A stretch of 64,000 nucleotides of DNA from Balanoglossus misakiensis (GCA_040954595.2 CM082577.2:17305903-17369902); one strand, 5' to 3'; counted from the first letter of the stretch, positions 1-12,000 are shown. Notes: generated from the sequence alone by a model not told the origin. Program-made: numbers and translations.

Positions 1-392
1 TGACTTGATCATCGTGGTCAATGTACGCGTGTTTCCGCTCTAAAGTGCCGGGGCTTCAGCTAAACCAGGCCGTAGGAAATCCGACGTAATCACCGTTGAT
101 AACTTACGCCAGTCTGTGTCATATAGAGCCGGTGCACCAGCCGAGTCACGCCGTAGGAAATCTGACTCGATCAACGTGGTCAATGTACGCCTGTTTCTGC
201 TCTAGAGTGCCGGGGCTTCAGCTGAGCCAGGCCGTAGGAAACCCGACGTGATTACCGTTGTTAACTTACGCCAGTCTGTGTCCTATACTGCCGGGGCATC
301 AGCCGTGCCAGGCCGAAGGAAATGTGAGTTGATCAACGGGGTCTCTGTACGCGTGTTTCTGCTCTAGAGTGCCTGGGCTTTAGCCAAGCTAT

Positions 393-554
393 GCCGTAGG
401 AAATCTGACTTGATCAACGTTGCTACCGAACGCTAGTGTCTGTCATAGTGTGCCGGGGTTTTAGTTGAGCCAAGCCGTAGGAGATCAGACTTGATCAACG
501 TGGTCTCTGTACGCGTGTTTCTGCTCTAGAGTGCCTGGGCTTTAGCCAAGCTAT
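393..554. repeat. Extra 162-bp dimer (M7 plus hybrid M8/M6) in the first unit
   Basis: M7 occurs at both 393 and 555. The intervening monomer at 474 begins like M8 (GGAGATCAGAC) and ends like M6 (GCCTGGGCTTTAGCCAAGCTAT). Confidence 0.93.
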
Positions 555-944
555 GCCGTAGGAAATCTGACTTGATCAACGTTGCTACCGAACGCTAGTG
601 TCTGTCATAGTGTGCCGGGGTTTTAGTCGAGCCAAGCCGTAGGAGATCAGACTTGATCAACATGGTCTCTGTACGCGTGTTTCTGCTCTAGAGTGCCGGG
701 GCTTTATCCAAGCCATGCCGTAGAAAATCTGACTTGATCACCGTTGCTAACGTACGCTAGTGTCTGTCATATTGTGACGGAGATTTAGCCGAGCCAGGCC
801 ATAGAAAAATCGACTTGTTCAACGTTACCAGTGTGCAACTGTTTCTGCTCTAGAGTGTCAGGGTTTAAGCCGACTTATGCTGTAGGAAATCTGAGTTGAT
901 GAACGGGAATTCAATGTTAGAAAACCCGTGTGGAAAGTATCTCT

Positions 945-961
945 ACCCGTTTGAAACTAAG
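945..961 (-). other. CENP-B-box-like 17-mer at the GC/AT block junction (one per unit; functional relevance unproven)
   Basis: The minus strand reads CTTAGTTTCAAACGGGT versus canonical CTTCGTTGGAAACGGGA: 13/17 identical and 8 of 9 core positions, with TTCG changed to TTAG. Confidence 0.25.
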
Positions 962-1017
962 AAAAGAATTTATTCTTATTTATTTTGTAAAAAAGACAAT
1001 TTTTCGAAAAAAAGTCG

Positions 1018-1850
1018 AAAATGGTAATTTTGTCTTGGGTGATTCAAATTATCTCGCCTTTTCTGGAATTTGCAGCACTTTTTACAAGAGAACGACACTT
1101 CATGCTCCATAATATTTCTGAAAATGAAGAAAAGAGTTATTTTTTTATGATTTTTTAAAAATTTACCATTTTTGTCAAATATGGCCAAAATGGCTATTTT
1201 TTCTTGAATTCCGTCAATATCTCTGCATTTTTTGAGTGGTCGAAAGTTTTAACATACAATCAACATGTCATATATGATCAGGGCACCAAATTCGAAGAAC
1301 AAAGGTTTTTTTATTATTTTTTCTAAAAATGACATTTTCAAGGAAAATTTGGTAAAACGTAATTTTGTCTGCAGTGAGCCAAATTAGACGGTCTTTTGTG
1401 GAATTTGTATCGATATATACATACGAAGAGCATTCAATACTCCATCAGATTTCCGAAAATGTAGAAAACAGTTATTTTTTGTAATTTTCAAAAATTTACC
1501 ATTTTGACCAAATTGTGGCTAAAATTGTTATTTTCGTGTTGAATGCCGCCAGTGTCACTGCTTTTAAAAGTCATAAAACCTTTGAACATACAAGCAATTG
1601 TTTATATATGATCAGGTCACCGAATTAAAAAAATAAAGAATGTTTTGCCTAAAAATGACCTTTTTGGTGCAAAAACGAATAAAACGCAATTTTGTATTAA
1701 ATCAGCTCATTCAGAGTGCATTTTTTATAATCAGCACCATTTTTACATATAATGGAAATTTCATACATCATCAGATATCCAAATATGAAAAAATGATTTA
1801 GATTTTAGATGATTGTCCAAAATTAGCTGATATCTAATAAATGTAGTATT
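1018..1850. repeat. AT-rich ~167-bp subrepeat block (representative copy; one per unit): five diverged monomers in A-B-A-B-A order (~335-bp dimer)
   Basis: Monomer starts AAAATGGTAATTTTGTC (1018), AAAATGGCTATTTTTTC (1187), AAAACGTAATTTTGTC (1354), AAAATTGTTATTTTCG (1521), AAAACGCAATTTTGTA (1681); spacings 169, 167, 167, 160. TATATGATCAGG occurs in monomers 2 and 4. CTCCAT..ATTTC.GAAAATG.AGAAAA.AGTTA occurs in monomers 1 and 3. Confidence 0.9.
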
Positions 1851-2072
1851 GAACCGTTCTGTTCCCCCCCCCCTACATTATATGCCGTACGCCGATGTAA
1901 GCTAACCCGGCAGTACTGCAGGCCGTGCCCCCAACTAACGTCGGTGTTTGAAACGCCCTGGTTAAATTCGGGCTTTCTCTATAAATTGACAGGCAATAAT
2001 GCAGTCCTACCCGAACAAATGTCGAGTGTTGACCCGCTGTGACTTTCCCTCTTCGGTTTGCCCGACTTAGCC
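1851..2072. other. Non-subrepeated linker of the unit (representative copy): poly-C tract followed by a GC-richer segment with short inverted repeats
   Basis: C10 at 1864-1873 (C9-C14 in other units), palindrome GCAGTACTGC 1910-1919, imperfect inverted repeat 1889-1898/1938-1947, TTCGGG 1967-1972/CCCGAA 2010-2015, TATAAAT 1980-1986. Present once per unit; function unknown. Confidence 0.8.
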
Positions 2073-2599
2073 ACCGTCTTTGTACTAGAGTGTCGGGTCT
2101 TTTGCAGAGCCAGGCCGAAGGAAATCCGTCTTGATCACCGTTGCTAACGAACGCTAGTGTCTGTCATGGTGTGCCGGGGTTTTAGTCAAGCCAGGCCGTA
2201 GGAGATCTGACTTGATCATCGTGGTCAATGTACGCGTGTTTCCGCTCTAAAGTGCCGGGGCTTCAGCTAAACCAGGCCGTAGGAAATCCGACGTAATCAC
2301 CGTTGATAACTTACGCCAGTCTGTGTCATATAGAGCCGGTGCACCAGCCGAGTCACGCCGTAGGAAATCTGACTCGATCAACGTGGTCAATGTACGCCTG
2401 TTTCTGCTCTAGAGTGCCGGGGCTTCAGCTGAGCCAGGCCGTAGGAAACCCGACGTGATTACCGTTGTTAACTTACGCCAGTCTGTGTCCTATACTGCCG
2501 GGGCATCAGCCGTGCCAGGCCGAAGGAAATGTGAGTTGATCAACGGGGTCTCTGTACGCGTGTTTCTGCTCTAGAGTGCCTGGGCTTTAGCCAAGCTAT

Positions 2600-2923
2600 G
2601 CCGTAGGAAATCTGACTTGATCAACGTTGCTACCGAACGCTAGTGTCTGTCATAGTGTGCCGGGGTTTTAGTTGAGCCAAGCCGTAGGAGATCAGACTTG
2701 ATCAACGTGGTCTCTGTACGCGTGTTTCTGCTCTAGAGTGCCTGGGCTTTAGCCAAGCTATGCCGTAGGAAATCTGACTTGATCAACGTTGCTACCGAAC
2801 GCTAGTGTCTGTCATAGTGTGCCGGGGTTTTAGTTGAGCCAAGCCGTAGGAGATCAGACTTGATCAACGTGGTCTCTGTACGCGTGTTTCTGCTCTAGAG
2901 TGCCTGGGCTTTAGCCAAGCTAT
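2600..2923. repeat. Two extra 162-bp dimers (+324 bp) in the second unit
   Basis: M7 occurs at 2600, 2762 and 2924. The anchor interval 930-3299 is 2369 bp. Confidence 0.93.
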
Positions 2924-5900
2924 GCCGTAGGAAATCTGACTTGATCAACGTTGCTACCGAACGCTAGTGTCTGTCAGAGTGTGCCGGGGTTTTAGTCGAG
3001 CCAAGCCGTAGGAGATCAGACTTGATCAACATGGTCTCTGTACGCGTGTTTCTGCTCTAGAGTGCCGGGGCTTCATCCAAGCCATGCCGTAGAAAATCTG
3101 ACTTGATCACCGTTGCTAACGTACACTAGTGTCTGTCATATTATGACGGAGATTTAGCCGAGCCAGGCCGTAGAAAAATCGACTTGTTCAACGTTACCAG
3201 TGTGCAAATGTTTCTGCTCTAGAGTGTCAGGGTTTAAGCCGACTTATGCTGTAGGAAATCTGAGTTGATGAACGGGAATCCAATGTTAGAAAACCCGTGT
3301 GGAAAGTATCTCTACCCGTTTGAAACTAAGAAAAGAATTTATTCTTATTTATTTTGTAAAAAAGACAATTTTTCGAAAAAAAAGTCGAAAATGGTAATTT
3401 TGTCTTGGGTGATTCAAATTATCTCGCCTTTTCTGAAATTTGCAGCACTTTTTACAAGAGAACGACACTTCATGCTCCATAATATTTCTGAAAATGAAGA
3501 AAAGAGTTAATTTTTTATGATTTTTTAAAAATTTACAATTTTTGTCAAATATGGCCAAAATGGCTATTTTTTCTTGAATTCCGTCAATATCTCTGCATTT
3601 TTTGAGTGGTCGAAAGTTTTAACATACAATCAACATGTCATATATGATCAGGGCACCAAATTCGAAGAACAAAGGTTTTTTTATTATTTTTTCTAAAAAT
3701 GACATTTTCAAGGAAAATTTGGTAAAACGCAATTTTGTCTGCAGTGAGCCAAATTAGACGGTCATTTGTGGAATTTGTATCGATATATACATACGAAGAG
3801 CATTCAATACTCCATCAGATTTCCGAAAATGTAGAAAACAGTTATTTTTTGTAATTTTCAAAAATTTACCATTTTGACCAAATTGTGGCTAAAATTGTTA
3901 TTTTCGTGTTGAATGCCGCCAGTGTCACTGCTTTTAAAAGTCATAAAACCTTTGAACATACAAGCAATTGTTTATATATGATCAGGTCACCGAATTAAAA
4001 AAATAAATAATGTTTTGCCTAAAAATGACCTTTTTGGTGCAAAAACGGATAAAACGCAATTTTGTATTAAATCAGCTCATTCAGAGTGCATTTTTTATAA
4101 TCAGCACCATTTTTACATATAATGGAAATTTCATACATCATCAGATATCCAAATATGAAAAAAATGATTTAGATTTTAGATGATTGTCCAAAATTAGCTG
4201 ATATCTAATAAATGTAGTATTGAACCGTTCTGTTCCCCCCCCCCTACATTATATGCCGTACGCCGATGTAAGCTAACCCGGCAGTACTGCAGGCCGTGCC
4301 CCCAACTAACGTCGGTGTTTGAAACGCCCTGGTTAAATTCGGGCTTTCTCTATAAATTGACAGGCAATAATGCAGTCCTACCCGAACAAATGTCGAGTGT
4401 TGACCCGCTGTGACTTTCCCTCTTCGGTTTGCCCGACTTAGCCAACGTCTTTGTACTAGAGTGTCGGGTCTTTTGCAGAGCCAGGCCGAAGGAAATCCGA
4501 CTTGATCACCGTTGCTAACGAACGCTAGTGTCTGTCATGGTGTGCCGGGGTTATAGTCGAGCCAGGCCGTAGGAGATCTGACTTGATCATCGTGGTCAAT
4601 GTACGCGTGTTTTCCGCTCTAAAGTGCCGGGGCTTCAGCTAAACCAGGCCGTAGGAAATCCGACGTAATCACCGTTGATAACTTACGCCAGTCTGTGTCA
4701 TATAGAGCCGGTGCACCAGCCGAGTCACGCCGTAGGAAATCTGACTTGATCAACGTGGTCATTGTACGCCTGTTTCTGCTCTAGAGTGCCGGGGCTTCAG
4801 CTGAGCCAGGCCGTAGGAAACCCGACGTGATTACCGTTGTTAACTTACGCCAGTCTGTGTCCTATAGTGCCGGGGCATCAGCCGTGCCAGGCCGAAGGAA
4901 ATGTGAGTTGATCAACGTGGTCTCTGTACGCGTGTTTCTGCTCTAGAGTGCCTGGGCTTTAGCCAAGCTATGCCGTAGGAAATCTGACTTGATCAACGTT
5001 GCTACCGAACGCTAGTGTCTGTCATAGTGTGCCGGGGTTTTAGTCGAGCCAAGCCGTAGGAGATCAGACTTGATCAACATGGTCTCTGTACGCGTGTTTC
5101 TGCTCTAGAGTGCCGGGGCTTTATCCAAGCCATGCCGTAGAAAATCTGACTTGATCACCGTTGCTAACGTACACTAGTGTCTGTCATATTGTGACGGAGA
5201 TTTAGCCGAGCCAGGCCGTAGAAAAATCGACTTGTTCAACGTTACCAGTGTGCAACTGTTTCTGCTCTAGAGTGTCAGGGTTTAAGCCGACTTATGCTGT
5301 AGGAAATCTGAGTTGATGAACGGGAATTCAATGTTAGAAAACCCGTGTGGAAAGTATCTCTACCCGTTTGAAACTAAGAAAAGAATGTATTCTTATTTAT
5401 TTTGTAAAAAAGACAATTTTTCGAAAAAAAAGTCGAAAATGGTAATTTTGTCTTGGGTGATTCAAATTATACCGCCTTTTCTGGAATTTGCAGCACTTTT
5501 TACAAGAGAACGACACTCCATGCTCCATAATATTTTCTGAAAATGAAGAAAAGAGTTAATTTTTTATGATTTTTTAAAAATTTACAATTTTTGTCAAAAT
5601 ATGGCCAAAATGGCTATTTTTTCTTGAATTCCGTCAATATCTCTGCATTTTTTGAGTGGTCGAAAGTTTTAACATACAATCAACATGTCATATATGATCA
5701 TGGCACCAAATTCGAAGAACAAAGGTTTTTTTATTATTTTTTCTAAAAATGACATTTTCAAGGAAAATTTGGTAAAATGCAATTTTGTCTGCAGTGAGCC
5801 AAATTAGACGGTCTTTTGTGGAATTTGTATCGATATATACATACGAAGAGCATTCTATACTCCATCAGATTTCCGAAAATGTAGAAAACAGTTATTTTTT

Positions 5901-8900
5901 GTAATTTTCAAAAAATTACCATTTTGACCAAATTGTGGCTAAAATTGTTATTTTCGTGTTGAATGCCGCCAGTGTCACTGCTTTTAAAAGTCATAAAAAC
6001 TTTGAACATACAAGCAATTGTTTATATATGATCAGGTCACCGAATTAAAAAAATAAAGAATGTTTTGCCTAAAAATGACCTTTTTGGTGCAAAAACGCAA
6101 TTTTGTATTAAATCAGCTCATTCAGAGTGCATTTTTTATAATCAGCACCATTTTTACATATAATGGAAATTTCATACATCATCAGATATCCAAATATGAA
6201 AAAAATGATTTAGATTTTAGATGATTGTCCAAAATTAGCTGATATCTAATAAATGTAGTATTGAACCGTTCTGTTCCCCCCCCCTACATTATATGCCGTA
6301 CGCCGATGTAAGCTAACCCGGCAGTACTGCAGGCCGTGCCCCCAACTAACGTCGGTGTTTGAAACGCCCTGGTTAAATTCGGGCTTTCTCTATAAATTGA
6401 CAGGCAATAATGCAGTCCTACCCGAACAAATGTCGAGTGTTGACCCGCTGTGACTTTCCCTCTTCGGTTTGCCCGACTTAGCCAACGTCTTTGTACTAGA
6501 GTGTCGGGTCTTTTGCAGAGCCAGGCCGAAGGAAATCCGACTTGATCACCTTTGCTAACGAACGCTAGTGTCTGTCATGGTGTGCCGGGGTTATAGTCGA
6601 GCCAGGCCGTAGGAGATCTGACTTGATCATCGTGGTCAATGTACGCGTGTTTTCCGCTCTAAAGTGCCGGGGCTTCAGCTAAACCAGGCCGTAGGAAATC
6701 CGACGTAATCACCGTTGATAACTTACGCCAGTCTGTGTCATATAGAGCCGGTGCACCAGCCGAGTCACGCCGTAGGAAATCTGACTTGATCAACGTGGTC
6801 ATTGTACGCCTGTTTCTGCTCTAGAGTGCCGGGGCTTCAGCTGAGCCAGGCCGTAGGAAACCCGACGTGATTACCGTTGTTAACTTACGCCAGTCTGTGT
6901 CCTATAGTGCCGGGGCATCAGCCGTGCCAGGCCGAAGGAAATGTGAGTTGATCAACGTGGTCTCTGTACGCGTGTTTCTGCTCTAGAGTGCCTGGGCTTT
7001 AGCCAAGCTATGCCGTAGGAAATCTGACTTGATCAACGTTGCTACCGAACGCTAGTGTCTGTCATAGTGTGCCGGGGTTTTAGTCGAGCCAAGCCGTAGG
7101 AGATCAGACTTGATCAACATGGTCTCTGTACGCGTGTTTCTGCTCTAGAGTGCCGGGGCTTTATCCAAGCCATGCCGTAGAAAATCTGACTTGATCACCG
7201 TTGCTAACGTACACTAGTGTCTGTCATATTGTGACGGAGATTTAGCCGAGCCAGGCCGTAGAAAAATCGACTTGTTCAACGTTACCAGTGTGCAACTGTT
7301 TCTGCTCTAGAGTGTCAGGGTTTAAGCCGACTTATGCTGTAGGAAATCTGAGTTGATGAACGGGAATTCAATGTTAGAAAACCCGTGTGGAAAGTATCTC
7401 TACCCGTTTGAAACTAAGAAAAGAATGTATTCTTATTTATTTTGTAAAAAAGACAATTTTTCGAAAAAAAAGTCGAAAATGGTAATTTTGTCTTGGGTGA
7501 TTCAAATTATACCGCCTTTTCTGGAATTTGCAGCACTTTTTACAAGAGAACGACACTCCATGCTCCATAATATTTTCTGAAAATGAAGAAAAGAGTTAAT
7601 TTTTTATGATTTTTTAAAAATTTACAATTTTTGTCAAAATATGGCCAAAATGGCTATTTTTTCTTGAATTCCGTCAATATCTCTGCATTTTTTGAGTGGT
7701 CGAAAGTTTTAACATACAATCAACATGTCATATATGATCATGGCACCAAATTCGAAGAACAAAGGTTTTTTTATTATTTTTTCTAAAAATGACATTTTCA
7801 AGGAAAATTTGGTAAAATGCAATTTTGTCTGCAGTGAGCCAAATTAGACGGTCTTTTGTGGAATTTGTATCGATATATACATACGAAGAGCATTCTATAC
7901 TCCATCAGATTTCCGAAAATGTAGAAAACAGTTATTTTTTGTAATTTTCAAAAAATTACCATTTTGACCAAATTGTGGCTAAAATTGTTATTTTCGTGTT
8001 GAATGCCGCCAGTGTCACTGCTTTTAAAAGTCATAAAAACTTTGAACATACAAGCAATTGTTTATATATGATCAGGTCACCGAATTAAAAAAATAAAGAA
8101 TGTTTTGCCTAAAAATGACCTTTTTGGTGCAAAAACGCAATTTTGTATTAAATCAGCTCATTCAGAGTGCATTTTTTATAATCAGCACCATTTTTACATA
8201 TAATGGAAATTTCATACATCATCAGATATCCAAATATGAAAAAATGATTTATATTTTAGATGATTGTCCAAAATTAGCTGATATCTAATAAATGTAGTAT
8301 TGAACCGTTCTGTTCCCCCCCCCCCCTACATTATATGCCGTACGCCGATGTAAGCTAACCCGGCAGTACTGCAGGCCGTGCCCCCAACTAACGTCGGTGT
8401 TTGAAACGCCCTGGTTAAATTCGGGCTTTCTCTATAAATTGACAGGCAATAATGCAGTCCTACCCGAACAAATGTCGAGTGTTGACCCGCTGTGACTTTC
8501 CCTCTTCGGTTTGCCCGACTTAGCCAACGTCTTTGTACTAGAGTGTCGGGCCTTTTGCAGAGCCAGGCCGAAGGAAATCCGACTTGATCACCGTTGCTAA
8601 CGAACGCTAGTGTCTGTCATGGTGTGCCGGGGTTTTAGTCGAGCCAGGCCGTAGGAGATCTGACTTGATCATCGTGGTCAATGTACGCGTGTTTCCGCTC
8701 TAAAGTGCCGAGGCTTCAGCTAAACCAGGCCGTAGGAAATCCGACGTAATCACCGTTGATAACTTACGCCAGTCTGTGTCATATAGAGCCGATGCACCAG
8801 CCGAGTCACGCCGTAGGAAATCTGACTTGATCAACGTGGTCAATGTACGCCTGTTTCTGCTCTAGAGTGCCGGGGCTTCAGCTGAGCCAGTCCGTAGGAA

Positions 8901-8998
8901 ACCCGACGTGATTACCGTTGTTAACTTACGCCAGTCTGTGTCCTATAGTGCCGGGGCATCAGCCGTGCCAGGCCGAAGGAAATGTGAGTTGATCAACG

Positions 8999-9033
8999 TG
9001 GTCTCTGTACGCGTGTTTCTGCTCGAGAGTGCC
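8999..9033. repeat. -162 bp deletion junction (M6/M8 fusion), copy 1
   Basis: M6 start (AAATGTGAGTTG) is joined to M8 end (GCCGGGGCTTTATCCAAGCCAT) through a shared 35-bp tract. Interval is 1879 bp. Confidence 0.93.
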
Positions 9034-12000
9034 GGGGCTTTATCCAAGCCATGCCGTAGAAAATCTGACTTGATCACCGTTGCTAACGTACGCTAGTGTC
9101 TGTCATATTGTGACGGAGATTTAGCCGAGCCAGGCCGTAGAAAAATCGACTTGTTCAACGTTACCAGTGTGCAACTGTTTCTGCTCTAGAATGTCAGGGT
9201 TTAAGCCGACTTATGCTGTAGGAAATCTGAGTTGATGAACGGGAATCCAATGTTAGAAAACCCGTGTGGAAAGTATCTCTACCCGTTTGAAACTAAGAAA
9301 AGAATTTATTCTTATTTATTTTGTAAAAAAGACAATTTTTCAAAAAAAAAGTCGAAAATGGTAATTTTGTCTTGGGTGATTCAAATTATCTCGCCTTTTC
9401 TGGAATTTGCAGCACTTTTTACAAGAGAACGACAGTTCATGCTCCATAATATTTCTGAAAATGAAGAAAAGAGTTAATTTTTTATGATTTTTTAAAAATT
9501 TACCATTTTTGTCAAATATGGCCAAAATGGCTATTTTTTCTTGAATTCCGTCAATATCTCTGCATTTTTTGAGTGGTCGAAAGTTTTAACATACAATCAA
9601 CATGTCATATATGATCAGGGCACCAAATTCGAAGAACAAAGGTTTTTTTATTTTATTTTCTAAAAATGACATTTTCAAGGAAAATTTGGTAAAACGCAAT
9701 TTTGTCTGCAGTGAGCCAAATTAGACGGTCATTTGTGGAATTTGTATCGATATATACATACGAAGAGCATTCTATACTCCATCAGATTTCCGAAAATGTA
9801 GAAAACAGTTATTTTTTGTAATTTTCAAAAATTTACCATTTTGACCAAATTGTGGCTAAAATTGTTATTTTCGTGTTGAATGCCGCCAGTGTCACTGCTT
9901 TTAAAAGTCATAAAACCTTTGAACATACAAGCAATTGTTTATATATGATCAGGTCACCGAATTAAAAAAATAAATAATGTTTTGCCTAAAAATGACCTTT
10001 TTGGTGCAAAAACGGATAAAACGCAATTTTGTATTAAATCAGCTCATTCAGAGTGCATTTTTTATAATCAGCACCATTTTTACATATAATGGAAATTTCA
10101 TACATCATCAGATATCCAAATATGAAAAAAATGATTTAGATTTTAGATGATTGTCCAAAATTAGCTGATATCTAATAAATGTAGTATTGAACCGTTCTGT
10201 TCCCCCCCCCCCCCTACATTATATGCCGTACGCCGATGTAAGCTAACCCGGCAGTACTGCAGGCCGTGCCCCCAACTAACGTCGGTGTTTGAAACGCCCT
10301 GGTTAAATTCGGGCTTTCTCTATAAATTGACAGGCAATAATGCAGTCCTACCCGAACAAATGTCGAGTGTTGACCCGCTGTGACTTTCCCTCTTCGGTTT
10401 GCCCGACTTAGCCAACGTCTTTGTACTAGAGTGTCGGGTCTTTTGCAGAGCCAGGCCGAAGGAAATCCGACTTGATCACCTTTGCTAACGAACGCTAGTG
10501 TCTGTCATGGTGTGCCGGGGTTATAGTCGAGCCAGGCCGTAGGAGATCTGACTTGATCATCGTGGTCAATGTACGCGTGTTTTCCGCTCTAAAGTGCCGG
10601 GGCTTCAGCTAAACCAGGCCGTAGGAAATCCGACGTAATCACCGTTGATAACTTACGCCAGTCTGTGTCATATAGAGCCGGTGCACCAGCCGAGTCACGC
10701 CGTAGGAAATCTGACTTGATCAACGTGGTCATTGTACGCCTGTTTCTGCTCTAGAGTGCCGGGGCTTCAGCTGAGCCAGGCCGTAGGAAACCCGACGTGA
10801 TTACCGTTGTTAACTTACGCCAGTCTGTGTCCTATAGTGCCGGGGCATCAGCCGTGCCAGGCCGAAGGAAATGTGAGTTGATCAACGTGGTCTCTGTACG
10901 CGTGTTTCTGCTCTAGAGTGCCTGGGCTTTAGCCAAGCTATGCCGTAGGAAATCTGACTTGATCAACGTTGCTACCGAACGCTAGTGTCTGTCATAGTGT
11001 GCCGGGGTTTTAGTCGAGCCAAGCCGTAGGAGATCAGACTTGATCAACATGGTCTCTGTACGCGTGTTTCTGCTCTAGAGTGCCGGGGCTTTATCCAAGC
11101 CATGCCGTAGAAAATCTGACTTGATCACCGTTGCTAACGTACACTAGTGTCTGTCATATTGTGACGGAGATTTAGCCGAGCCAGGCCGTAGAAAAATCGA
11201 CTTGTTCAACGTTACCAGTGTGCAACTGTTTCTGCTCTAGAGTGTCAGGGTTTAAGCCGACTTATGCTGTAGGAAATCTGAGTTGATGAACGGGAATTCA
11301 ATGTTAGAAAACCCGTGTGGAAAGTATCTCTACCCGTTTGAAACTAAGAAAAGAATGTATTCTTATTTATTTTGTAAAAAAGACAATTTTTCGAAAAAAA
11401 AGTCGAAAATGGTAATTTTGTCTTGGGTGATTCAAATTATACCGCCTTTTCTGGAATTTGCAGCACTTTTTACAAGAGAACGACACTCCATGCTCCATAA
11501 TATTTTCTGAAAATGAAGAAAAGAGTTAATTTGTTATGATTTTTTAAAAATTTACAATTTTTGTCAAAATATGGCCAAAATGGCTATTTTTTCTTGAATT
11601 CCGTCAATATCTCTGCATTTTTTGAGTGGTCGAAAGTTTTAACATACAATCAACATGTCATATATGATCATGGCACCAAATTCGAAGAACAAAGGTTTTT
11701 TTATTATTTTTTCTAAAAATGACATTTTCAAGGAAAATTTGGTAAAATGCAATTTTGTCTGCAGTGAGCCAAATTAGACGGTCTTTTGTGGAATTTGTAT
11801 CGATATATACATACGAAGAGCATTCTATACTCCATCAGATTTCCGAAAATGTAGAAAACAGTTATTTTTTGTAATTTTCAAAAAATTACCATTTTGACCA
11901 AATTGTGGCTAAAATTGTTATTTTCGTGTTGAATGCCGCCAGTGTCACTGCTTTTAAAAGTCATAAAAACTTTGAACATACAAGCAATTGTTTATATATG

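Noticed and set aside
1-900. CRISPR-like regular repeats
   Set aside because: The whole 81-bp monomer is homologous between copies. There are no unique spacers, no leader and no cas genes.
896-937. Hammerhead ribozyme core (TTGATGA-ACGGG..CCCGT-GTGGAAA)
   Set aside because: It lacks the CTGATGA start, GAAA does not directly follow stem II, and I found no stems I and III. I also found no convincing twister or HDV-like fold.
1840-1879. AATGTAG/CTACATT as terminal inverted repeats of tandem DNA transposons
   Set aside because: Only 7 bp, separated by ~26 bp, with no target-site duplication and no recognisable superfamily terminus.
1891-1965. tRNA gene or tRNA-derived SINE (D-arm-like GCTAACCCGGCAGT, T-loop-like GTTTGAAAC)
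   Set aside because: The acceptor and anticodon stems do not pair, and the B-box lacks the invariant C. Retained only as part of the structured-linker finding.
1980-2006. TATA box plus initiator (TATAAAT ... GCAGTC)
   Set aside because: The spacing of ~23 bp is short for a Pol II core promoter, and such hexamers are expected by chance in a unit of this size.
2073-3280. rDNA intergenic-spacer enhancer repeats (81-bp period as in Xenopus 60/81-bp elements)
   Set aside because: Only the length coincides. No rRNA sequence occurs in 64 kb, and I recognise no Pol I promoter similarity.
8908-9096. ORF through the 81-bp repeats suggesting a 27-aa repeat protein
   Set aside because: It exists only because one private T>G change removes a TAG. 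Stops recur in most monomers in every frame I translated. A TAR-reassigned code would open one plus frame, but substitutions hit all codon positions and nothing else suggests such a host.
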